Made by a program: the position numbers and the translations under genes. A DNA stretch of 64,000 bases from an uncultured Elusimicrobia bacterium. Lineage in GTDB: Bacteria > Elusimicrobiota > Elusimicrobia > Elusimicrobiales > UBA9959. How positions within the stretch are numbered: the stretch's first letter is position 1; every line of letters starts with the position of its first letter. The DNA lies in assembly GCA_903873295.1 (NCBI GenBank), contig CAIQNV010000049.1:20041-84040 (forward strand), written 5' to 3'. The notes beneath the pieces are model-generated. The model worked only from the letters and a program-made list of their open reading frames with translations. It ran no database searches and was not told the origin of the DNA. Positions 20,301 through 27,842 of this stretch are shown piece after piece.

Positions 20301-23300
20301 GCCTTCGGCCTATGATAATACGCAGTATTTCGGGCGCGAGCGCCTCTCGTATATGAGCGGCCTGAGCGGCCCGGGCGGCGGCATAGCCGTCGACGGTACC
20401 TATGTCTATCACGCTTTCGGCGGCAGCTCGGAAGGCGGTTCCGCCGGGTTCGGGCTGCGCAAGTATAATACGGACCAATACCTGGAATGGACCAAGTTCT
20501 TTAACCACGCGGGCGACCGCGCCTATAATGTGGCCAATGTGACGCGCGACGCCGCCGGCAATTTCTACCTGGTGGGCAGCCAGCGGCTCCCTGATACCGC
20601 GGCGGGCGCGCCTGATTATCTGGCGGCGGACAAGGACCTGTGGATCGCCAAGCTGGACGCGGCGGGCGACCTGGTCTGGTCCTACTCGGCCGACGCTTCA
20701 GGCATAAACCAAATGGATGAGCTTTACGACGTCGCTGTGGAGGAAATCGGAGCGCAGAAATTCCTGTACGTAACGGGCGTCGCCGCCACAGTTTCCAGCG
20801 GCCTTGATATGGTGGCGCGGAAATACGATGTTTCACAATCGACTTATATCGCGCCGCTGTGGACCTATTCCGAGCCCGGCGCCGGCGAAGACGTCGGTTA
20901 CGGCGTAGCCGTGGGGACCGGCGCGGTCTATCTGTCCGGCGCCGTGTTCAACACGGATAAGGATATTATCGTGCGGGCGCTCAGCAAGACCAGCGGCCTG
21001 CCCGTCGGGGGCCCGATAGTGATCAACTCCGGGCACGGCGACGACGCGGGCTATGACCTGGCCGTCACCACCGCCGCGCCGGGGTACATCTATGTGGCCG
21101 GCTCGGTCGGCACCGCGAGCGAGGGGACTAATGCCGCGCTCTTCAAGTATAGCCTGGCCGGAGCTTTAGTGTGGGACCGCTATTACAACGGCAGGGCCGG
21201 CGCGGACGACGCCCTCCTCGGAGTGAAAGCCAGCGGCAGCGGGGTAATTGTCGCCGGCTATGAAACCACCTACGACCAGGGAAAGAACAGCATTTACCGC
21301 AAGTTCAGCGCCGCAGGAACCGAGGAGTGGAGCCGCGGCTTTGACTTCGCCGGCGGCGGCGATGACGAGGCCCATACCCTGGCGCTGGACGCCTCGGGGC
21401 GGGTCTATTCAACGGTCTCCCTATGGAGCAAGAATCCCGGCTTCTACTACTTCCCCGAGCCCAGCTTCGGCCTGATGGCCGCCGCGAATTATGTGCCGGG
21501 CTCGGTGCGGCTGGACTGGATGAGCCAGTACGAAGTGCCCGCCGGCTCGCTCTTCAGTATTCAATACTCCACCAACAGCGGCCAGGTCTGGGATCCGGCC
21601 GGCGCCCAGGTGCGGTTCGGCGCCGACGCTTACATCAGGGCGGGTATGAATGTCACCCGCGCTGTTTATGGTCTGGATAACGGCCGCGATATGCAGGGTG
21701 CGCCCGTGGGCCCCGGCTACTTCTTCAGGGTGTGGTTCTCGACCGCGGCGGGGATCTTTACCCCGGTGCCCGGCGTGGCTTCGGCCCGCGCCTCCGACGG
21801 CTGGGCGTTCGAGAATATGGTCATGTATCCTAACGAAGCCAAGCTTTTCGTAATGGGCAATAACCAGCAGGGAACTTCCTCCGTAAATATATCGGGAGAA
21901 AAAGAGCTGCCCGGTATAGCGCGCGACGCCGCCGGCAGCCTCTATATGCTGGCCAATATGGACTGGAACAGCAGCGGCGGCTTTGCCATAAAGAAATTCA
22001 GCTCCGCCCTGACGCCGGTCTGGACCAGGTATTACGCTCCCGGCGAGCGGTTCGCGGTTAAAGCCAACCGGATGGCGGCTGACGCCGAGGGGAATCTCTA
22101 TCTGACCGGCTACGAGCGCGGTCCTGACAGCTCCAACGGCAAGGATATTTTCGTCATGAAGTTCGGCAGCGGGGGTCTGGTCTGGAAATCCACCTATAAC
22201 TTCGCCGGCGGGGACGATACCGGCTACGGCGTGGCGCTTGACGCCTCCGGCAATGTTTACGTGGCCGGCTCGGTGTACACCGGGTCCGACGACGATATCT
22301 TCGCCGCCAAATTCAGTCCGGCGGGCGTGCTGCTGGATACCGTGACATACTCCGGCAGCGGCAGCGGGCCGGATGCGGCCTACGGCATAGCGGTGCAGGA
22401 TGCAAATCTGTACCTGACCGGCTCGTCATATGAGACGGATCACGGCTCTCATTTCTGGACGGGGCTTTTCAGCTCTTCCGGACTCGACCAGCTCGGCACC
22501 TCCCTCACCGGCGGCGACGCCGCCGGCTCGGGTTACGACGTCGCGGTAGATACTTTAGGCTACGTCTACGCAGCGGGCGAGATATACGGCGCCGATACCG
22601 CCAACGACGCTCTGGTCACGAAAAGCTATGCGAACCTCGACGCCGTGCCGGGCGCGTACCCGATCCGTTATAACAGCCCGGGCAACGCCAACGACGCCGC
22701 CTATGGCCTTGCCATAGACGCCGCCGGAAGCGTTTACGTCACCGGCTCCCAGGAGCGCTACGACATAAACCAGGACAAGAACCTCTGGATCCGCAAGTAT
22801 GCGCGGGACGGTTCCGAGCTCTGGAGCCAGGAATTCCATTCCAACGCCATCCCCGGCGATCCTTACAGCGCGGGCGCCAACTCCGACGAGGGTTTCAGCC
22901 TCGCTGTGGGTACTATGGGCTTTGTGTCGGTGAGCGGCAGGTTCAACGACTACTACGGCCTGTACCGCTACCGCCAGACCAGCACGCTGGCCGTCAATCC
23001 CACGCTTACCGTGGTGGTATCCAGCGCCTCCTGCTCCTCCTGCGCGTCCTTCCGTTTCGGGGGGGTGGGCGTGGCGCTGATCCCTTACTCGCAGACCGGC
23101 GGCATTGACGCGGCCAGCATAAGGAGCTCCGTCACTTCCCCTTCCGGGACGGCTTCTTTTCAGGTGCCTTCCGGCAAGCAGTATTTCATCGCGCTGGACA
23201 AGCAGGGCTATAACCCCAACATAAAAGACCAGCAGATGGATCCCTACGGGAACTTCTTCGTGCAGCTTAACGCCGATATCACCAAGCAGTACACCCTGTC

Positions 23301-26300
23301 GCCGCGCCCCGCCAGCGACCCGTATTACCCGCTGACGGTGACGGTCACCTCCGCTACCGCCAGCGACTATATTATGGCGGAAGTGTTCTTTACCCAGACC
23401 GGCGAGAAAGCGGCTTACGGTATAGCACAGGTGCCGGTAAACAGGAGCAGCGTGACCTTCACGGTCGCCAACGTGCCTCCGGCGGACGCGGGCGCGTACA
23501 CGCTGGGCGTGACCATCCCCGGCCGCGGCCTGGCGCGCAGCCTTCCTATGAACGCGCTTTTCCCGCAGACGAGTTCGTATATAGTCAACATGTCCACCTC
23601 CTCCGGCGCCGTCGCGACCACCGGCGGTTTCGACGTGGGGGCTTCCACCACGCCGCCGTCGGTGGAAGGCGTGGCCAGGAACGCGGGCACCTGGGCCCCG
23701 GTGGAAGGGGTGCGCGTGCGGATGTGGAATTCAGTGCAGAACTGCATGAGCGGGAACTGCGATTACAATGTCTACGAGACGCTCACCGACGTGACCGGCA
23801 AGTATTCATTCTACAACGTGGTAAGCACTCCCGCGTATTACAACCTGTCCGCCCAGAAGGCGGGCTATAAGCGGGCCTGGGACGGCGGGCTTACGATAGC
23901 CGCCAACGCGGCTACCATCTACCGCGAGTTCCGGCTGGAGGAGTCCACCTATACCCTGCGCGGCGTGATACGCTACCGGGACGTCCCGGTGCCTAACGCC
24001 GACGTTATGGTTTGGGGCGACTACAGCTGGTACCAGAACGGCTCCGACAGCTACCGCGGCGGCCGCGGCATGGATACCGACGCCAGGACCAAGACAGGGG
24101 CCGACGGCTCCTTCGTGTTCAGCGGCGCCACGCTGAACGGCCTGCCTGACGGACAGCTGCGCATGAACGTGTCCTTCTTCGGCAACTGGGTGGACCTTAA
24201 TCAGGGCAATAACCAATCCAGCTCGGCGGATGACGTGCGTATCATCATCTCCAGCGACTCCGCCACCGGAGCAGGCAATTGCGCCAAGGGCAGAGTTTGG
24301 AAACTTTTGGCCGAAAGCGGCGCCTGCCAGGAGTCCGGGGATATCAACTTCAACATCATGCCCCAGGCGCAGAACGATTATGCCACGCTCAGCGGCTCCG
24401 TGACCTTTGTCACGACTTACACCGTAAGCGGTACCAACCCGCTGGTGATAAGCTCCATGGCGCCGGTGACGGTGATGGCTATGCAGGAGTGCAGCGGCGA
24501 CTGCAAAGGCCGGTCCATGGGCTTCGCGGTGATCAGCGGCACCTACGAGCTCAATACGGCCACCTACAGCATAACTCTGTCCACCGGCATCTCCTATTAC
24601 ACCCGCATAACCTCGAACGAATGGGGCGAAACCAGCGCTTTCGACGACAGGGCCGATTTCCGCTCCACTACCACGCTCTCGGTCGTCATGAACTTCGTGA
24701 TTACGAAAGCGGGCTCGATGAAAGGCGTGGTAAAAATGCCGGACGGCTCCAACTACAAGCCGAATTACAACTTCGCGTCGGCGGAGCAGTACCACAGGAT
24801 CGATATCAACGTAGCCGGCCAGAACGTGAACGTGAACGAGGGCTGGAGCGTGGACGATTACGGCGCCTTTGAGTTTCCCAACCTGGCGCCGGGTCTCTAC
24901 ACCATCACAATGAGGCCCCAGGGTCTCGGTTTCCACTGGGCCGCGCCGGCTCTGACCGGAGTGGCCGTTGTGGCCGGGAAGACTACGCAGGTCACGCTGA
25001 AACTGGAGGATGGCCTGGTGGTGCAGCCGCAGATAATAGGCCTCCCGGAGATCTCCACGCCTACCTGGTCTTACCTGATGATACCGGTGGAATCCGGTAC
25101 CGAGATGAACCAGAAGAAGATCACCGAGATGTTCTTCGGCTCCGACGTCTTCGCCTTCAACTACAGCACCAGCACGCATCTCTGGGACAAGAAGGTGATG
25201 CTTACCGGCCAGTACGACTTCTATCTCATGATGGGCGCGCGCTACAGCCCGGAGGGAGGCAACAACCAGCCCCTGAGCTTCGACCAGTTCGGCAACTTCA
25301 TCGGCAAGGTAAAGGGCTTTGCCGTGCAGCGGGTGGAAAACTCGCCCAACCTGGGCACCGAGGCCCAGCCCATACCGGTTAACGTGCTGGGCTCGCTCGG
25401 GCAGGACTCGTTCGGGGGCACTATCGTCGGAGAGCGGGTCTATACCGATGCCGACCTCGACAGGATCTTCTCCAACATGAACGAGATCTACCCGGTTATT
25501 CCGACCGTCATGGTGTACGACGCGGCCGGGGACCTGCGCGGCTATACCGCCGGCCTGCCCGGCAAAGAGGACTTCAACGCGTTCTGGAACGCCCTGCTTG
25601 CCAAAGATAAGGCGCAGATGAAGGCTTACTTCGCGGCGCATCCGAGCCGGTTCATGGTGCCCGGCCTGCCGCCGGGGCGCTACACGGTGGTATTCTCCAA
25701 CCCCAACTACCCGCCCATAGCTAAAGAGCTGGACATTCCGCTGGCGTCGTCTTTCAACGGGGTTTACGCGTTCAACTTCGAGGAGCAGAGCGTGCGCACC
25801 GGCGATATTTACGGCACGGTCAGGAGCAGCGCGACCGGCCTGGGCCTGCCCAGCGCCGTGGTCTACCTGAAGCACCGGACCGTGGAGAAGTTCGCCGATA
25901 CCGCCGCCGACGGCTCTTATTCCTTCTCCAACCTCCCCCCGGGCATCTACCGCCTGGAGGTTACGCGCGAAGGCTTTGTGAAGACCGGCCAGAAAACTTC
26001 CCTGACCGGCTCGCTGACGGGCGACGACGAGTCGAAGCTGGACTTCTATCTTACGCCGTCGCAGACTAACATGACGGGCAAGGTCTACCTGAGCAAGTTC
26101 CCCGCCCCGCTGACGAAGTCGGGCGTAAAAATAGTGGCTTACGACGAGACCTATAACACAGAGCACCCCTCGGATTATCTGCCCAAGATAGAGGCCACCA
26201 CCAACGACTCCGGCGAATACGAGATCGCCGGGGTAGTGCCGGGCCATAACTACAGGGTCTCGGCCTTCTACGGCGGCAAGCTGCCCGCGACGCTTGACGT

Positions 26301-27645
26301 CTCCGGCGACGCGGTGACCGAGGGCGTCACCTACCTGCCGGATATAGTGCTGCGCGAAGTTCCGCCGCAGATCATGGTGAAGGTGCGCAAATCGCCCGAC
26401 TCGGTCAATAAAGTGGACGTCACCATTAAATCGCCCAAGCAGCTGGTTTCTACGCCGGTCTGCAAAGTGAACCCGGGCGAGCTCTATGTCTCCAGCACGG
26501 CCGTCAGCCTGGCGCTGGTGCCCGGGCCTAACAACACCTATGAGGGCCAGTTCACCGTATCGCGCGGCCAGGCTTTCTACAATGTGCATGTCTCGGCCGG
26601 CGACGGCAGCAACAAGATGGAAAAATCCGTCACCTACAGCCCCAACAACCAGGCCAAGACCGAACAGTACATTCAGGATGAAGCCATACAGGGCGGCGAG
26701 GTGCAGATGGACAAGGAGTCGGAGGAGTATTCCGGCCTGGAGCTGGACGCCGGCGGCCTCTCCTACTCCACCTTCAGCGCCACGGCCAGCCAGGACTTCG
26801 GCAATCTGGTGGGCGGCTTCTTCAGCGCGCTGCCTTCCGTGCGCACGATAAAGACCGCAAAGGGCGACTTGAACATCACGCAGGCCATGCAGGACCTGAT
26901 GGCTTCCGAGGTCTACAACATGGAGCTTGAGAACGCTTCCGCCAACAAGCCGTTCACGCTGACGCTTAAATACGACAAAGAAAAAGCCGGCGGCAACGGC
27001 AATCTGCGCATCTACCAGTACGACGACGCAAGCGCAGGCTGGAAAGAGGTGCCCGGCGACTACACTACGGACCCGATGCTGGGAGTGCTGTCCGTGGGCG
27101 TGGCCGGCCTTTCCAACGCGCACGAGGGCACCCGCAGCGCAAGCACGCCGCTGGGCCGCAAGCGCTTCGGGATGAGCGCGGTAGTCAACGGGCGTTATGT
27201 GCCGTCGGCCGCGGGGACCTCGCAGAGCGGGCGCTTCGCGGTGTTCACCGCCAACCCGCCCACCGGCACGGCGGCGTTCAGCTCCGCGCTCGTGGTCTAC
27301 AACATGCCCAACCCGTTCAACCTAAAGAGCAAGAGCGTTTCTCTGGGCACGGACATCGGCTCGTCGGGCATAGCCAACCCGTATCCCACGAACGGCACGG
27401 TCATAAAATACAACCTGCCGGCGGGCAAGTCGGGAAATCTGAAGTTCGTCATCTACAATATGGCGGGCGAGAAGGTGCGCACTATCGACGAGGGCTCGCG
27501 CACCGGCGGTCAGATATACTACTCCGAGTGGGACGGAAGGAACGATACCAACCAGGAGTGCGCGTCCGGAGTGTACTTCATGCTGACCTACATGGACGGC
27601 AAGAAGCTGGGGACCAAGGCGCACAAGCTGGCGATAATAAAGTAG
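11311..27645 (+). CDS. Giant (5444 aa) secreted surface protein: SBBP-like beta-propeller modules, FnIII-like domains, carboxypeptidase-regulatory-like (transthyretin-fold) repeats, C-terminal FlgD/T9SS-CTD-like domain
   Basis: Single uninterrupted ORF; signal peptide to ALA-Q (aa 27/28); DxxGNVYVxG repeats; YSFSNLPPGIYRLEVTREGF; C-terminal VYNMPNPFN...IYNMAGEKVRTI...WDGRND...ASGVYF...KLAIIK. Confidence 0.9.
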   Translation: MRKIKNIFINLLGAALLAAGSAGPALAQFTGDFSQPGGAVYDGGSEDQAHRVAVDTVALNGPFIYVAGTSEFDSQTTGLTAKYDKFGVLAASAVFTGPGSSFAVSDGIAIGADNIFVAGSVGGGLCVAQKYDKNLVFQSSATYSFSIQECVGNDITLSKTGNLYVTGHTGYTSEYRSLLIIKYDENLNFANAVTFSGGVYDKGMSIKTDDRGDVYAVGYSSAAGNLQILTLKYDPALVFISSAVFSIPAGSPEKRVSLSFGQDSVYVAGIDFDKGVLLKYSLDLVFKSSAAFNPGAASGWEGVGVNSLGDVFTTGNVFNGTDLDFLTAKYTPDLVFVSSIAYDGGHEDVALDVALDASDNLYVIGVSSNSLNNDWRTLRYPSSAFGAPAAPAGFTGNFAAPGGAGFDGGDMDYGTGTAFYGSNVYVVGISSSAGVLSSLIVKYDLAGNVVSSATSAAFGDAGFFDVKANANGVYVAAQGEGFLTVKYTPDLVFVSSAVLAGDSSARDLALDTGGNVYVIGSNWGDAGGNNDYKFVKYSKDLAQIGSPVTFNAGGMDEGRGIAVDNGNVYITGDSLIGNTTYFATAKFDSSSMAFISSASYAGGYLDGPAHERLAVNPVTHDVYLLGAQGPEGSSHLVTVKYSQNLQQMVADIFPGDGSSKGKVFGTDIKLDADGNVYSLGKDSYETGGITYEYALVVKYTPGLVFLSSAASSAGSIKYNGFAIALDTTTGYSYVTGLADDDAGQVDMRTVRFDPLGGVAPVAHAMGPNEFIIKETDVEDSGGFSAYGGGKFLVGYQHATSSITARLVLPDGTLVGSEITFNTTTEYGSGGWPAFAFGGTDFLMAWACDLPGYQGRIRGQRIDTSGNKVGSSFWISSTSGFDSHQLGNIAFDGVNYFVVWSASDTVNSYDNMYGQFVSTAGVLVGSRLTIGAGGKDGTVAYGHGKYLAAWRNDGNYGDVGPVKGRLILPNQIFGGTEFVIDASPAPSYNPVIVAADNTRFLVAFHDEWSAPCSEVNPDCSVSSHLFGKFVNADGTVAPSTFTISDSPDAQFLPEPVWDGSKYLITWNDADGLSTATVHMRYFDASGNPLDADTVIASAVSGRIPFSLGFSYDSADKKFFGGVNRYPVTGSYDDATTDLYGLILTTTSSGAGFTGNFSESGGAVYDGGNSDVGADIALNPATDDTYVVGASSVSGLSQGLVIKYNAAGVMVASAPVTDTGGMYLSGVALNGNGIYVAGGVYNTNNFVVKRYGPGLNLISSAVLPGVHTPRVALDGAGNVYLAGSSDGDHNYHLAKYGLGLGFISSTTFDAGGVDRAIGVAVDNGYAYVTGYALISNSTYYVTAKFDAGSLAFVSSVSYANAYAEGGSFERLAVNPVTHEVYLVGTHGTENNRQMVTVKYSQTLQQLGEAIFPGGSYGLGADVKLDTAGNVYALGKEYNGSDYAFVAKYNSALVFLSSAASASVPGSFTGMAVALDTTTGNSYVTGIKSDGGIGPKDPTNDIRTVRFAPLGGVAPVVHAKGPNEFVISETDGRDSGGSVAYGNGNFLTVYQKNDVNVEARLFDTSGNPVGAEIVPAGNTDCQAGQGPAVAFDGTNFLMTWGCRLLSNTSAIRGQRVDSSGNTIGSAFAISAFTGSRGDGDVAFDGTNYFAVWSSTESGAWNIYGQFISATGALVNSRITIATPATAWIDHTPVKYAGGKYLVTWTEGNNVKGRMVLPNGSLYGSEIAVNVDSLTSDGPTVIAYDPGSAKFLVTYNNGINVNSRHLYGRFVDLSGVAGSSFTITEAAGNQFGAVPVWDGSKYLITWSDGYPLSTATVHKRNFSGAGIPLDTDAIIASNESGKVPLSIASAIAGGKVFVLVNRGDIGSYNDASLDLYGLIITTTAIQQAAGFTGNFSQADGAGFDGGAMDFGTAAAFYGSNVYVVGLSSPTGAIIVKYDLAGNVVSSATLGGLESFDGVAVNANGVYAAGKGVTGTGFVTAKYNYSLTLTSAAVLPGQNHARDLALDTGGNVYVVGANDTETGYKFVKYSADLAQQGSPVVFNAGGAATGRGIAVDSGNIYVTGDSLIGAATYYVTARYNSSLAFVSSVAYAGGYSNSESLGAKLAINAATHEVYFVGTHGAHTDLIDSNILTIKYSQNLVQLAAALAPHYYAEGTDIALDNAGNVYTLGVNQVINNGPDYPVVLKYNSDLVFLSSATRQMTNWYAPFGLALDNATGESYVTGLDDGGGISSDMRTVRFAPLGGSVPVVYISTRDVSPAVYLAGQEAAALRITPHTLSGTVSFTGLQIAVNPAGAYANVASAALYADLDSDQIWNPRNDLLLSSGAVTSAGHYFDLSGMGGVIDPDTVVLFITLTPAISAVDSSINVAVPSSASFHTNGDMAQQTIYPITSTPTLVTYLAGLTDLTAEPGANLNSVSLSWTYPQDITSGHYIIRYSTNTADLDNPNLNAVTGAISGITAGAYGSYTASGLTPVTSGLRVFPYYFAVWLYNGISTSAVSSTLARNLYFPAAAVSDKDAALTLRTGMSLTAENAARFAKSTAAAGAYSALTFYDGGKYFIALNTPDGKTQFYYDQTYLALRDLAADPAGNAYGLIQKANNVSLVVKLGPDGAVLWTSPFTSSSSETARALTYGAGAVYYAATGFQPGSAGQDIKLRKLRDTDGALLAVYSSSPAGSYDEVNSLAFVQDASGKYVYAAGASGSPLYGMLYKFADTGTAFSVSPSAVAGSWPVRYVNPGGGDARALAVKADSLNNTLVVVGAEQRNDLNQGSNIWLNRYGPYGAPIFANPTRYNNAQSNSDDIPVGLDFDSFGNIYVSGYTDMWNLGQGYNMLLGKFGPGGQFLSARIYDSGSGSNDTGAGVLVSTNNYAYVAGMFGAAGTFGVYSLPLGSSVNAQFFTAAEGPYTGSADLTWNYTGSLPAGSTYYVQYSTALAPVWSRASAQLAVNAGPSYSGAVQSQRLGGLPALRYPGQDGQETRGNAYKFKVWITSGGLTTELPVAQTFARTPSAYDNTQYFGRERLSYMSGLSGPGGGIAVDGTYVYHAFGGSSEGGSAGFGLRKYNTDQYLEWTKFFNHAGDRAYNVANVTRDAAGNFYLVGSQRLPDTAAGAPDYLAADKDLWIAKLDAAGDLVWSYSADASGINQMDELYDVAVEEIGAQKFLYVTGVAATVSSGLDMVARKYDVSQSTYIAPLWTYSEPGAGEDVGYGVAVGTGAVYLSGAVFNTDKDIIVRALSKTSGLPVGGPIVINSGHGDDAGYDLAVTTAAPGYIYVAGSVGTASEGTNAALFKYSLAGALVWDRYYNGRAGADDALLGVKASGSGVIVAGYETTYDQGKNSIYRKFSAAGTEEWSRGFDFAGGGDDEAHTLALDASGRVYSTVSLWSKNPGFYYFPEPSFGLMAAANYVPGSVRLDWMSQYEVPAGSLFSIQYSTNSGQVWDPAGAQVRFGADAYIRAGMNVTRAVYGLDNGRDMQGAPVGPGYFFRVWFSTAAGIFTPVPGVASARASDGWAFENMVMYPNEAKLFVMGNNQQGTSSVNISGEKELPGIARDAAGSLYMLANMDWNSSGGFAIKKFSSALTPVWTRYYAPGERFAVKANRMAADAEGNLYLTGYERGPDSSNGKDIFVMKFGSGGLVWKSTYNFAGGDDTGYGVALDASGNVYVAGSVYTGSDDDIFAAKFSPAGVLLDTVTYSGSGSGPDAAYGIAVQDANLYLTGSSYETDHGSHFWTGLFSSSGLDQLGTSLTGGDAAGSGYDVAVDTLGYVYAAGEIYGADTANDALVTKSYANLDAVPGAYPIRYNSPGNANDAAYGLAIDAAGSVYVTGSQERYDINQDKNLWIRKYARDGSELWSQEFHSNAIPGDPYSAGANSDEGFSLAVGTMGFVSVSGRFNDYYGLYRYRQTSTLAVNPTLTVVVSSASCSSCASFRFGGVGVALIPYSQTGGIDAASIRSSVTSPSGTASFQVPSGKQYFIALDKQGYNPNIKDQQMDPYGNFFVQLNADITKQYTLSPRPASDPYYPLTVTVTSATASDYIMAEVFFTQTGEKAAYGIAQVPVNRSSVTFTVANVPPADAGAYTLGVTIPGRGLARSLPMNALFPQTSSYIVNMSTSSGAVATTGGFDVGASTTPPSVEGVARNAGTWAPVEGVRVRMWNSVQNCMSGNCDYNVYETLTDVTGKYSFYNVVSTPAYYNLSAQKAGYKRAWDGGLTIAANAATIYREFRLEESTYTLRGVIRYRDVPVPNADVMVWGDYSWYQNGSDSYRGGRGMDTDARTKTGADGSFVFSGATLNGLPDGQLRMNVSFFGNWVDLNQGNNQSSSADDVRIIISSDSATGAGNCAKGRVWKLLAESGACQESGDINFNIMPQAQNDYATLSGSVTFVTTYTVSGTNPLVISSMAPVTVMAMQECSGDCKGRSMGFAVISGTYELNTATYSITLSTGISYYTRITSNEWGETSAFDDRADFRSTTTLSVVMNFVITKAGSMKGVVKMPDGSNYKPNYNFASAEQYHRIDINVAGQNVNVNEGWSVDDYGAFEFPNLAPGLYTITMRPQGLGFHWAAPALTGVAVVAGKTTQVTLKLEDGLVVQPQIIGLPEISTPTWSYLMIPVESGTEMNQKKITEMFFGSDVFAFNYSTSTHLWDKKVMLTGQYDFYLMMGARYSPEGGNNQPLSFDQFGNFIGKVKGFAVQRVENSPNLGTEAQPIPVNVLGSLGQDSFGGTIVGERVYTDADLDRIFSNMNEIYPVIPTVMVYDAAGDLRGYTAGLPGKEDFNAFWNALLAKDKAQMKAYFAAHPSRFMVPGLPPGRYTVVFSNPNYPPIAKELDIPLASSFNGVYAFNFEEQSVRTGDIYGTVRSSATGLGLPSAVVYLKHRTVEKFADTAADGSYSFSNLPPGIYRLEVTREGFVKTGQKTSLTGSLTGDDESKLDFYLTPSQTNMTGKVYLSKFPAPLTKSGVKIVAYDETYNTEHPSDYLPKIEATTNDSGEYEIAGVVPGHNYRVSAFYGGKLPATLDVSGDAVTEGVTYLPDIVLREVPPQIMVKVRKSPDSVNKVDVTIKSPKQLVSTPVCKVNPGELYVSSTAVSLALVPGPNNTYEGQFTVSRGQAFYNVHVSAGDGSNKMEKSVTYSPNNQAKTEQYIQDEAIQGGEVQMDKESEEYSGLELDAGGLSYSTFSATASQDFGNLVGGFFSALPSVRTIKTAKGDLNITQAMQDLMASEVYNMELENASANKPFTLTLKYDKEKAGGNGNLRIYQYDDASAGWKEVPGDYTTDPMLGVLSVGVAGLSNAHEGTRSASTPLGRKRFGMSAVVNGRYVPSAAGTSQSGRFAVFTANPPTGTAAFSSALVVYNMPNPFNLKSKSVSLGTDIGSSGIANPYPTNGTVIKYNLPAGKSGNLKFVIYNMAGEKVRTIDEGSRTGGQIYYSEWDGRNDTNQECASGVYFMLTYMDGKKLGTKAHKLAIIK
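11395..18040 (+). repeat. Intragenic module repeats A1-A2-B1-A3-B2-A4 (~365-390 aa each)
   Basis: A modules start FTG(N/D)F at 11395, 12490, 14761, 16969; B modules start HA(M/K)GPNEF at 13597, 15853; identical CGCACCGTGCGCTTCG at 13552, 15808, 17998; identical GATCTCTACGGCCTTATC at 14716, 16918. Confidence 0.9.
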
Positions 27646-27670
27646 GCCAGGGAAGGGCAGCGTTAAAGAG

Positions 27671-27769
27671 TTCACCGCTGAGACGCGGAGGACAGAATGA
27701 GCAGAGAGTAGGGACACGGATTAATATTTTCTCTTCCGAACTCTGCGACCTCTGCGCCTCCGCGGTGAA
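27671..27769. repeat. Imperfect palindromic (REP/MITE-like) element
   Basis: TTCACCGCTGAGACGCGGAGG ... CCTCTGCGCCTCCGCGGTGAA inverted arms with internal CTCTGCG repeats. Confidence 0.7.
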
Positions 27770-27842
27770 TATCGGTAAATCGGCCCGATTAGTGAATTGA
27801 TTGATTTGTTTTTATGAGGAAAAGAATCGATTGAGGTAATTT

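Noticed and set aside
23806-27123. 1105-aa antisense ORF inside the giant gene
   Set aside because: Shadow frame caused by strong C/G third-position bias; V/A/G/H-rich with no recognisable motifs
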